Virus record (IMG/VR): IMGVR_UViG_3300045988_109008
DNA: 22,001 nucleotides
Strand: one strand, 5' to 3'
Source of the DNA: a virus
Lineage: Duplodnaviria > Heunggongvirae > Uroviricota > Caudoviricetes
Positions 1 through 7,247 of this stretch are shown one piece after another. The number at the start of each line of letters is the position of its first letter. Position 1 is the first letter of the stretch. Both the position numbers and the translations under genes were made by a program. Under the pieces are notes generated by a model, which was not told the DNA's origin, ran no database searches, and saw only the letters and a program-made list of their open reading frames with translations.

Positions 1-420
1 TGCCATGATCGTATGTGCCTTTATGATTGGTCTGTAGATAGTGTAGAGCAGAAAACAAAAGGTGGAGTCAGAACAGGATGAAAGTCGGAGGATAAAAAGT
101 CAGTTCAAGTATGGAGGATTCAGTGGTTACCACCAGGAGCTTGCAATGGGGACAGCGAATACTAACGGCTGCCACCGATAAATTTCAAAAAAGAGCATAT
201 GCCTAATATTCAACCAAACAGTGGCATCTTAAATATACTATTCCAAATATATTAAAGCCCCCATGGAGTTACCCTGAAGGGCCTCAATGTCCGTAATTCC
301 TACTTATGTAGGAAATGTTGTACAGAACATTTATTATAATCCTATTCAATTATAATAATCATGCCATTATTATATTTAAACACTAGAGAGTGTCGTTGGT
401 ATTTAATGGGGGAAGGTGAG

Positions 421-738
421 ATGAAAAAGATAGCTGCTATATCATTAATTAGTATTTTTATTATGTCTGGTTGTGCTGTGCATAATGATGAGACAAGTAT
501 CGGTAAATTTGGTCTTGCATATAAAAGTAATATTCAGCGTAAACTCGATAACCAATACTACACCGAAGCCGAAGCTTCTTTAGCCAGGGGCAGAATATCT
601 GGTGCAGAAAATATAGTAAAAAATGATGCAGCCCATTTCTGTGTTACTCAGGGCAAAAAAATGCAGATAGTTGACCTGAAGACAGAAGGTGCAGGATTAC
701 ATGGCGTCGCTCGTCTGACATTCAAATGTGGAGAGTGA
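421..738 (+). CDS. Small putative lipoprotein (about 105 aa) in the host-side flank, function unknown
   Basis: ATG at 421 preceded by GGAAGGTGAG; N-terminus MKKIAAISLISIFIMSGC has a hydrophobic core ending in a lipobox-like IMSGC. The tool ORF starts at 361 but that start has no RBS. AT-rich, outside the att core. Confidence 0.5.
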   Translation: MKKIAAISLISIFIMSGCAVHNDETSIGKFGLAYKSNIQRKLDNQYYTEAEASLARGRISGAENIVKNDAAHFCVTQGKKMQIVDLKTEGAGLHGVARLTFKCGE

Positions 739-800
739 GAATATTTTTTGGTAAGCGTCAAACATGCGCGTTCTGGTTGTGCTTAGCCGGAACCTGTGCG

Positions 801-833
801 AGCACGATGCCGTTACGTGAAAGGCATCGTGCT
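801..833. repeat. Perfect 11-bp inverted repeat (agcacgatgcc ... ggcatcgtgct) with an 11-nt loop, in the host flank about 60 bp upstream of the att core
   Basis: Read directly from the sequence. No U-tract follows, so it is not a canonical intrinsic terminator. Confidence 0.6.
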
Positions 834-896
834 ATGAAGGGAGATTCTATCGATGTGGTCAATGGAAGACGGTGACCAGGGATAGGGCTTATGCAT

Positions 897-923
897 AAAA
901 AATAAGCCCGTGTAAGGGAGATT
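897..923. other. attL: P2-type attachment site core (attL), the left prophage boundary
   Basis: The sequence aaaaaataagcccgtgtaagggagatt matches the 27-bp P2 att core as I recall it. It sits about 80 bp beyond the 3' end of int, as in P2. Confidence 0.7.
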
Positions 924-1002
924 TAGGGTGTCACCAGTAGGGGCTTTCAACGGTACAATGCGGGGTTGAGCGGCATAAATTACCACTGAAAGCCCTTAAA
1001 CG

Positions 1003-2016
1003 TTACTCTACTGTGGACACTGTGTGGACACTCTCAACCTCAGTACCACCTCTTAGCGGATTAAGAGAAATGGCGTCCTGAAGGTACTCTGGCGCAAAAT
1101 GAGCGTAAACCATAGTTTGCTCAATCCGTGTGTGACCTAGTATCCGTTGTAGCGTGATAATACTTCCTCCATTAATCATGAAATGAGTGGCAAAGCTGTG
1201 CCTTAGTGCATGTGTGGCTTGCCCCATTGGCAAATCCGGTTTTATTGCTTTCATTGTTCGTCTGAAGCGAGGGTAATCAGCATCAGGGAATAAAAAACCT
1301 CGTTTGTTATCCGCGATTATTTTGGCAACAGCCTCTGAGATCGGGACGGTGCGTGGTTTGTTTGTTTTCGTTTTAACAAACGTGACGCGGTTATGGATGA
1401 TATTTTCTGCTTTCAAACGAGCTGCTTCTCCCCAACGTGCTCCAGTACTCAGGCAAAGAATCGCAATCTTTTTGTTGTCGCCGTCAAGAGCAGCAAGCAG
1501 TAAGGCAATTTCTTCCTGCGTGAGATAGCCTGTGTCTGGTTTTTCCTCCTTAAGCCTTTTTGTCCCTCTGATAGGGTGCTCACCAAAGAATAACTCCGCT
1601 TCAATCAGGGCTGTAAACATGCCGCTAATACATGTTAAATCACGATTGATACTCGAAGGTTTAATACCCTGACTTCTTCGGGTGGCGCAGTACTGGCTGA
1701 TAAGCGATTTCGTAATTTGAAATGCGCATGGGTCATTCGTTATTTTTGTGAAGATTTCAATTTTTCCAAGATTAGATCTCCCATGCTCTTCGTGTTTACC
1801 CTTTAAATCCCACCAGATCTGTGTCAGCTCCGACAGACGTCGCTTGTCTGTTGGTTTTGATAGCCATTCTTTATTGTGGTGGTTGTACAACGTGTATTTC
1901 TCGAAAGCGACAGCTTCGCTTTTCTTATCAAACTTCCTACGGATGCGTTTTCCATTACGTCCAGTAGGGCGGATGTCCACTTCATATCGACCATCATCGA
2001 GTTTTTTGATTGCCAT
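1003..2016 (-). CDS. int: Tyrosine integrase, P2 Int-like (337 aa)
   Basis: Full-length ORF; N-terminus MAIKKLDDGRYEVDIRPTGRNGKR and C-terminal catalytic region HALRHSFATHF...GHTRIEQTMVYAHF (R-H-R-Y type) match P2 integrase as I recall it. Adjacent to the att core. Confidence 0.93.
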   Translation of the reverse strand: MAIKKLDDGRYEVDIRPTGRNGKRIRRKFDKKSEAVAFEKYTLYNHHNKEWLSKPTDKRRLSELTQIWWDLKGKHEEHGRSNLGKIEIFTKITNDPCAFQITKSLISQYCATRRSQGIKPSSINRDLTCISGMFTALIEAELFFGEHPIRGTKRLKEEKPDTGYLTQEEIALLLAALDGDNKKIAILCLSTGARWGEAARLKAENIIHNRVTFVKTKTNKPRTVPISEAVAKIIADNKRGFLFPDADYPRFRRTMKAIKPDLPMGQATHALRHSFATHFMINGGSIITLQRILGHTRIEQTMVYAHFAPEYLQDAISLNPLRGGTEVESVHTVSTVE

Positions 2017-2131
2017 CAGAAAACCCTCCGAGTGGTGTGTTTTTTTGCGACTACTAATCGCTTTTTTCGTGGTGGCTGAAATTTAGCCACCAATAGTAGG
2101 CACTTGTGATGAATATATTCACGATGAATTG

Positions 2132-2431
2132 TTAACCAGTCTTTTGACCGGAGTGGGGCGACGTTGTTTCGTTTTGCCCAAAGTGTGCGAGAGCGGGCGC
2201 AATTTGCCCGGACTCAGGAGCGATCTGATTGGTCATGAACCATAAAGTGTATTTGGTGAATTGTGGGGTCTGCAGGATGTTCATCATGACATCTGTTGGA
2301 GGTGTTGAACGACCACTTTCATAGTAACTCAGCGTGCCATACGGAACCCCTGTTAAATCAGCAAGTTGTTGTCTGCTCAAATACTCTGATTTTCGCATTA
2401 AGACTATCTTCTCGCTTATCGTGTTTGACAT
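2132..2431 (-). CDS. C: Immunity repressor C (99 aa, HTH)
   Basis: Position between int and cox, divergent from cox. Sequence LSRQQLADLTGVPYGTLSYYESG is a helix-turn-helix; the size matches P2 C. Confidence 0.85.
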   Translation of the reverse strand: MSNTISEKIVLMRKSEYLSRQQLADLTGVPYGTLSYYESGRSTPPTDVMMNILQTPQFTKYTLWFMTNQIAPESGQIAPALAHFGQNETTSPHSGQKTG

Positions 2432-2545
2432 GGTGTTTAGATCTCAATAGTATTTAGTTTAGATGTAGATTGTTTAGTGCTTGGATGTGGGCACTAAAAG
2501 GCATTATAAGGCATTAAACGCAATTCATGAGGGCTAGAGGACGAC
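2432..2545. promoter_or_regulatory. C/cox lysis-lysogeny switch region with direct repeats
   Basis: Intergenic between divergent C and cox. Repeated TTTAG(AT) motifs at 2436-2442, 2453-2464 and 2473-2477, and a tandem AAGGCATTA at 2498-2506 and 2508-2516 spaced one helical turn apart. Exact promoter elements not assigned. Confidence 0.5.
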
Positions 2546-2821
2546 ATGAGCAAGCAAGTAACACTCATGACTGATGCGATTCCTTATCAGGAGTTCGCAA
2601 AGCTAATAGGAAAATCGACAGGAGCGGTTCGTCGGATGATCGATAAAGGAAAGTTGCCTGTAATTGATATGACCGATCCACAATCAGCTTCAGGTCGTGC
2701 TGGTGAATATTGGGTATACCTTCCGGCATGGAATAACGGACTAAAACTGGCTTATGAAAGCCGCCCTAAAGAAATTCGTGACGGCTGGTTAATGTGGTTA
2801 GGTCTCGGTGAACCACGTTAA
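2546..2821 (+). CDS. cox: Cox, excisionase and repressor of the lysogenic promoter (91 aa)
   Basis: Position and size match P2 Cox; first gene of the rightward early operon. Confidence 0.85.
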   Translation: MSKQVTLMTDAIPYQEFAKLIGKSTGAVRRMIDKGKLPVIDMTDPQSASGRAGEYWVYLPAWNNGLKLAYESRPKEIRDGWLMWLGLGEPR

Positions 2822-2831
2822 GGAGAACCGT

Positions 2832-3002
2832 ATGAATGAGCCGCGTTGTATTGCTCAGTTATTGCGTAACGAAAGCCCCAGGGCGATTGACTTCACCATA
2901 ACCCACGGTAAGGGGCGTAAGGGAATCATTATCCGCACCAAAAAACAGAGTCCGTTAAAAAAGGCTCTGACCTTTCTGAAAAGCCGGAGGGTCTGGAAAT
3001 GA
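2832..3002 (+). CDS. Small early protein, P2 orf78-like (56 aa)
   Basis: ATG at 2832 preceded by AAGGAG at 2821-2825. The tool ORF starts at a GTG at 2808, which would overlap the 3' end of cox. Lies between cox and B. Confidence 0.55.
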   Translation: MNEPRCIAQLLRNESPRAIDFTITHGKGRKGIIIRTKKQSPLKKALTFLKSRRVWK

Positions 3003-3499
3003 CAGTGATGACGCTCAATCTCGTTGAAAAACAGCCAGCAGCTATGCGCCGGATAATTGGTAAGCATCTGGCCGCCCCTCGCTGGCAGGAGACATGCGAT
3101 TATTATAATCAGATGATGGAACGCGAACGGCTAACGGTTTGCTTCCATGCGCAGTTAAAACAGCGTCACGCAACGATGCGTTTTGAAGAAATGAACGACG
3201 TCGAACGTGAACGGCTGGTTTGTGCAATTGATGAATTGCGTGGGGCATTCTCAAAACGCCGTCAGGTTGGCGCAAGTGAGTATGCATATATTAGTTTTTT
3301 AACAGTCAGTCAGCGTCGTACTTTATTTATGCATGCCGGATTGACTGAAAAAGAATTTAACCAGCCATACTGGCGAATTAATGAAGAATCATGTTACTGG
3401 CGTGATGCTTTATTCCGTGCATTACGTGAATTATTCAGCCTGTTTGAGTATGCACCGACAATTCTGACGTCGGTAAAACCAGAGCAATATCTGCATTAA
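2999..3499 (+). CDS. B: Replication protein B (166 aa)
   Basis: Position and length match P2 gpB; start overlaps the upstream stop. Confidence 0.8.
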   Translation: MTVMTLNLVEKQPAAMRRIIGKHLAAPRWQETCDYYNQMMERERLTVCFHAQLKQRHATMRFEEMNDVERERLVCAIDELRGAFSKRRQVGASEYAYISFLTVSQRRTLFMHAGLTEKEFNQPYWRINEESCYWRDALFRALRELFSLFEYAPTILTSVKPEQYLH

Positions 3500-3562
3500 G
3501 TAATTAACCAGAGTTTTTAACGCACTTAATTGTGCGGGGCTTCTTTTTGCCTGGAGAAAGTC

Positions 3563-3787
3563 ATGCATACAGTTTCTGAAAGTCAGTGCGGTAAATACGC
3601 ATTACTGCTGCAACAGGCCAGAACCGAAGCACAGGCCGACGCAGCGACGCGCTTTTCTTCTCATCTTGACGCCATGATTCGCCACATCACAAAGGCGGAG
3701 TTATCCCGCGTGGAGATAGTCGAGCTGCTCAGTCAGGAGTCGGAAAAATTTCACAATATCGGATTATCTCGCGGGGAGGTGCTTTGA
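3563..3787 (+). CDS. Small early protein, P2 orf80-like
   Basis: ATG at 3563 preceded by GGAGAAAG; the tool ORF start at 3530 has no RBS. Confidence 0.6.
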   Translation: MHTVSESQCGKYALLLQQARTEAQADAATRFSSHLDAMIRHITKAELSRVEIVELLSQESEKFHNIGLSRGEVL

Positions 3788-4089
3788 TGTCCTGTTCTCA
3801 TTCAGTTGTATTACTGAATAACGCCTTAAAAATCGCTGTTATGAAAAATGGCGATTTATCTCTTATTCAACTTGGTCTTGATAAAGAAAAACGCGAAATA
3901 ACTGAGTCTGTTATCGCGATTTATCAGAACGAATTAAATCTCCTGTCTGATGTGGTCAATTTACTTGTTAAACGCGCTGTATTTCACAAGCAAATCTCCT
4001 CCGTGGATGAACTGACGAAATTAACGACAGAAATTGCCAGCTATTGCGCTGATGAATTTAAAAAACTTAACGACAAAAGGAGCTGGTAA
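3784..4089 (+). CDS. Small early protein, P2 orf81-like (101 aa)
   Basis: Translationally coupled (ATGA overlap) with the upstream gene; position as in P2. Confidence 0.6.
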   Translation: MMSCSHSVVLLNNALKIAVMKNGDLSLIQLGLDKEKREITESVIAIYQNELNLLSDVVNLLVKRAVFHKQISSVDELTKLTTEIASYCADEFKKLNDKRSW

Positions 4090-4313
4090 TGCCGGACAAC
4101 GTAGATTTTATTCAGGAACAACAGGCTGAATTACTGGAGCGCCAGATTAACGCGGCAAGGGTAAAGCATTGCGGTGTTTCTGCGCTGGTTTGCGAAGAGT
4201 GTGACGCGCCAATACCTGCTGCCCGTCGTGCGGCTTATCCGTCAGCCACGCGTTGTGTTTCCTGTCAGTCAGTCTTTGAAGCAAAAAACAAACATTACCG
4301 GAGAATGGCATGA
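4089..4313 (+). CDS. TraR/DksA-family C4 zinc-finger protein, P2 orf82-like (74 aa)
   Basis: Sequence CEECDAPIPAARRAAYPSATRCVSCQ gives a CxxC-N17-CxxC zinc finger. Confidence 0.7.
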   Translation: MPDNVDFIQEQQAELLERQINAARVKHCGVSALVCEECDAPIPAARRAAYPSATRCVSCQSVFEAKNKHYRRMA

Positions 4314-4585
4314 GTATTCGTATCGAAATTGGCGAACGTTATGTCGTTACCAGTGACAGCTTTCAGTTTATTCTCCACGAGAAAAAGAGAGCGGAAAGCG
4401 GTAAAAACGCCGGTCAGGAATGGCTGGCGGTGGTTGGTTATTACCCGAAATTAAGCCAGCTCGTTTCCGGCCTGATGCATCACGATATTCTGACCGGAAG
4501 CGCAAAGTCTTTTGCTGATTTAAACGCGCAGGTTGAGCAACTCAGCAAGCGTTGTTCAGAGGCTTTTGGCTCATATGGCCGTTAA
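4310..4585 (+). CDS. Small early protein, P2 orf83-like (91 aa)
   Basis: Coupled ORF immediately upstream of A. Confidence 0.6.
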   Translation: MSIRIEIGERYVVTSDSFQFILHEKKRAESGKNAGQEWLAVVGYYPKLSQLVSGLMHHDILTGSAKSFADLNAQVEQLSKRCSEAFGSYGR

Positions 4586-6842
4586 AGCCTCTGGGCGTTT
4601 TGTCCCTCCGTCAGCATTTGCCGCAGGCACCGGTAAGGCGTTTACCGGTGCTTATGCATGGAACGCGCCACGCGAGGCTGTCGGGCGCGAAAGACCCCTT
4701 ACACGTGACGAGATGCGTCAGGTGCAAGGTGTTTTATCCACGATTAACCGCCTGCCTTACTTTTTGCGCTCGCTGTTTACTTCACGCTATGACTACATCC
4801 GGCGCAATAAAAGCCCGGTGCACGGGTTTTATTTCCTCACATCCACTTTTCAGCGTCGTTTATGGCCGCGCATTGAGCGCGTGAATCAGCGCCATGAAAT
4901 GAACACCGACGCGTCGTTGCTGTTTCTGGCAGAGCGTGACCACTATGCGCGCCTGCCGGGAATGAATGACAAGGAGCTGAAAAAGTTTGCCGCCCGTATC
5001 TCATCGCAGCTTTTCATGATGTATGAGGAACTCAGCGATGCCTGGGTGGATGCACATGGCGAAAAAGAATCGCTGTTTACGGATGAGGCGCAGGCTCACC
5101 TCTATGGTCATGTTGCTGGCGCTGCACGTGCTTTCAATATTTCCCCGCTTTACTGGAAAAAATACCGTAAAGGACAGATGACCACGAGGCAGGCATATTC
5201 TGCCATTGCCCGTCTGTTTAACGATGAGTGGTGGACTCATCAGCTCAAAGGCCAGCGTATGCGCTGGCATGAGGCGTTACTGATTGCTGTCGGGGAGGTG
5301 AATAAAGACCGTTCTCCTTATGCCAGTAAACATGCCATTCGTGATGTGCGTGCACGCCGCCAGGCAAATCTGGAATTTCTTAAATCGTGTGACCTTGAAA
5401 ACAGGGAAACCGGCGAGCGCATCGACCTTATCAGTAAGGTGATGGGCAGTATTTCTAATCCTGAAATTCGCCGGATGGAGCTGATGAACACCATTGCCGG
5501 TATTGAGCGTTACGCCGCCGCAGAGGGTGATGTGGGGATGTTTATCACGCTTACCGCGCCGTCAAAGTATCACCCGACACGTCAGGTCGGAAAAGGCGAA
5601 AGTAAAACCGTCCAGCTAAATCACGGCTGGAACGATGAGGCATTTAATCCAAAGGATGCGCAGCGTTATCTCTGCCATATCTGGAGCCTGATGCGCACGG
5701 CATTCAAGGATAATGATTTACAGGTCTACGGTTTGCGTGTCGTCGAGCCACACCACGACGGAACGCCGCACTGGCATATGATGCTTTTTTGTAATCCACG
5801 CCAGCGTAACCAGATTATCGAAATCATGCGTCGCTATGCGCTCAAAGAGGATGGCGACGAAAGAGGAGCCGCGCGAAACCGTTTTCAGGCAAAACACCTT
5901 AACCAGGGCGGTGCTGCGGGGTATATCGCGAAATACATCTCAAAAAACATCGATGGCTATGCACTGGATGGTCAGCTCGATAACGATACCGGCAGACCGC
6001 TGAAAGACACTGCTGCGGCTGTTACCGCATGGGCGTCAACGTGGCGCATCCCACAATTTAAAACGGTTGGTCTGCCGACAATGGGGGCTTACCGTGAACT
6101 ACGCAAATTGCCTCGCGGCGTCAGCATTGCTGATGAGTTTGACGAGCGCGTCGAGGCTGCACGCGCCGCCGCAGACAGTGGTGATTTTGCGTTGTATATC
6201 AGCGCGCAGGGTGGGGCAAATGTCCCGCGCGATTGTCAGACTGTCAGGGTCGCCCGTAGTCCGTCGGATGAAGTTAACGAGTACGAGGAAGAAGTCGAGA
6301 GAGTGGTCGGCATTTACGCGCCGCATCTCGGCGCGCGTCATATTCATATCACCAGAACGACGGACTGGCGCATTGTGCCGAAAGTTCCGGTCGTTGAGCC
6401 TTTGACTTTAAAAAGCGGCATCGCCGCGCCTCGGAGTCCTGTCAATAACTGTGGAAAGTTCACCGGCGGTGACGTTCCGGTTATGCACCCTACACCGTCT
6501 GAGCATGCCGCAGCGGTGTTAAATCTTGTTGATGATGGGGTTGTCGTATGGGGTGATCCTGAAGCCATGAGGGTGCTCAGGGATGTGCTAAAACATGACG
6601 TGCCGCAACCAAATCGACACCAGCGGAGCAGGGAACCACTAAAACAGCAGGAAATCGCGCTATCAGCCAGACTGACCAAAGCAGAGCGGGAGCAGATACC
6701 GCACATCCGTTATGACTTAGCACAGCATAATATCACACCGAAACGTTGGGAACTTGAGGCGCTGGCGCGAGGGGCGACTGTCATTTATGATGGAAAAACA
6801 TTTACATATCAGGTTGTAAATGAATGGGAAAATGAATTTTAA
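4575..6842 (+). CDS. A: Replication initiation protein A, rolling-circle HUH endonuclease
   Basis: HUH motif PHWHMMLF and paired tyrosines in GYIAKYISK. Start is assigned to the in-frame ATG at 4575 (MAVKASGRF...) rather than the tool start at 4533, giving about 755 aa. Confidence 0.9.
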   Translation: MAVKASGRFVPPSAFAAGTGKAFTGAYAWNAPREAVGRERPLTRDEMRQVQGVLSTINRLPYFLRSLFTSRYDYIRRNKSPVHGFYFLTSTFQRRLWPRIERVNQRHEMNTDASLLFLAERDHYARLPGMNDKELKKFAARISSQLFMMYEELSDAWVDAHGEKESLFTDEAQAHLYGHVAGAARAFNISPLYWKKYRKGQMTTRQAYSAIARLFNDEWWTHQLKGQRMRWHEALLIAVGEVNKDRSPYASKHAIRDVRARRQANLEFLKSCDLENRETGERIDLISKVMGSISNPEIRRMELMNTIAGIERYAAAEGDVGMFITLTAPSKYHPTRQVGKGESKTVQLNHGWNDEAFNPKDAQRYLCHIWSLMRTAFKDNDLQVYGLRVVEPHHDGTPHWHMMLFCNPRQRNQIIEIMRRYALKEDGDERGAARNRFQAKHLNQGGAAGYIAKYISKNIDGYALDGQLDNDTGRPLKDTAAAVTAWASTWRIPQFKTVGLPTMGAYRELRKLPRGVSIADEFDERVEAARAAADSGDFALYISAQGGANVPRDCQTVRVARSPSDEVNEYEEEVERVVGIYAPHLGARHIHITRTTDWRIVPKVPVVEPLTLKSGIAAPRSPVNNCGKFTGGDVPVMHPTPSEHAAAVLNLVDDGVVVWGDPEAMRVLRDVLKHDVPQPNRHQRSREPLKQQEIALSARLTKAEREQIPHIRYDLAQHNITPKRWELEALARGATVIYDGKTFTYQVVNEWENEF

Positions 6843-6933
6843 TGATATTAAGATACTAGGAACTAAAGAGGTATATACCCGCGATAATTGAAGGTGCTTG
6901 ATTTCGAAGATAATCAGGTTCATGTTAACAGCT

Positions 6934-7077
6934 ATGAATATTGAGTTGACCGTAGAACAAAAAATCGCCATCGAAGCATTGCAACGAAAAAGTCGTGATC
7001 TTCATATCCGCGATCGGGTCTGCTGCGTATTGCTTTCTTCTGAAAGCTGGTCAATCACAATGATTGCACCATCCTAA
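6934..7077 (+). pseudogene. Remnant of an IS630/Tc1-family transposase, N-terminal HTH only (47 codons then stop)
   Basis: Translation MNIELTVEQKIAIEALQRKSRDLHIRDRVCCVLLSSESWSITMIAPS resembles the N-terminal HTH of IS630-family transposases. A full transposase would be about 340 aa. Confidence 0.45.
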
Positions 7078-7216
7078 TATATCCATAAAACAACCGCTTT
7101 GTGACACCTGAATGACTGGACTGGTAGTAAAAAAGTAAACTTGAAACTGGTATTGAGTTTTAAGTGCGCGGGTTTTCGGTAGGGAGGTGACACACATTAA
7201 ATTAAAAGTTTCTGGT

Positions 7217-7247
7217 AAGGGGGCGGGGCCCCCTTTATAGGTTTTTT
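7217..7247. terminator. GC-rich hairpin (aaggggg-cgggg-ccccctt) followed by a T-run on the plus strand, between convergent genes
   Basis: 7-bp G/C stem at 7217-7223 and 7229-7235, then tataggtttttt. It lies immediately 3' of the minus-strand 976-aa ORF, so it may terminate transcription from either side. Confidence 0.5.

Noticed and set aside
801-923. tRNA or tmRNA gene at the integration site
   Set aside because: Many integrases target tRNA 3' ends, but P2-type att sites are not in tRNAs. I see no cloverleaf or CCA-acceptor context; the hairpin at 801-833 is a simple stem-loop.
2855-3287. Minus-strand ORFs 2855-3067 and 3042-3287
   Set aside because: Antisense to orf78-like and B in the rightward early operon.
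4552-4884. 110-aa alternative-frame ORF, plus 5001-5270, 6067-6405, 6099-6347 and 6344-6706
   Set aside because: All are inside gene A in other frames or antisense.
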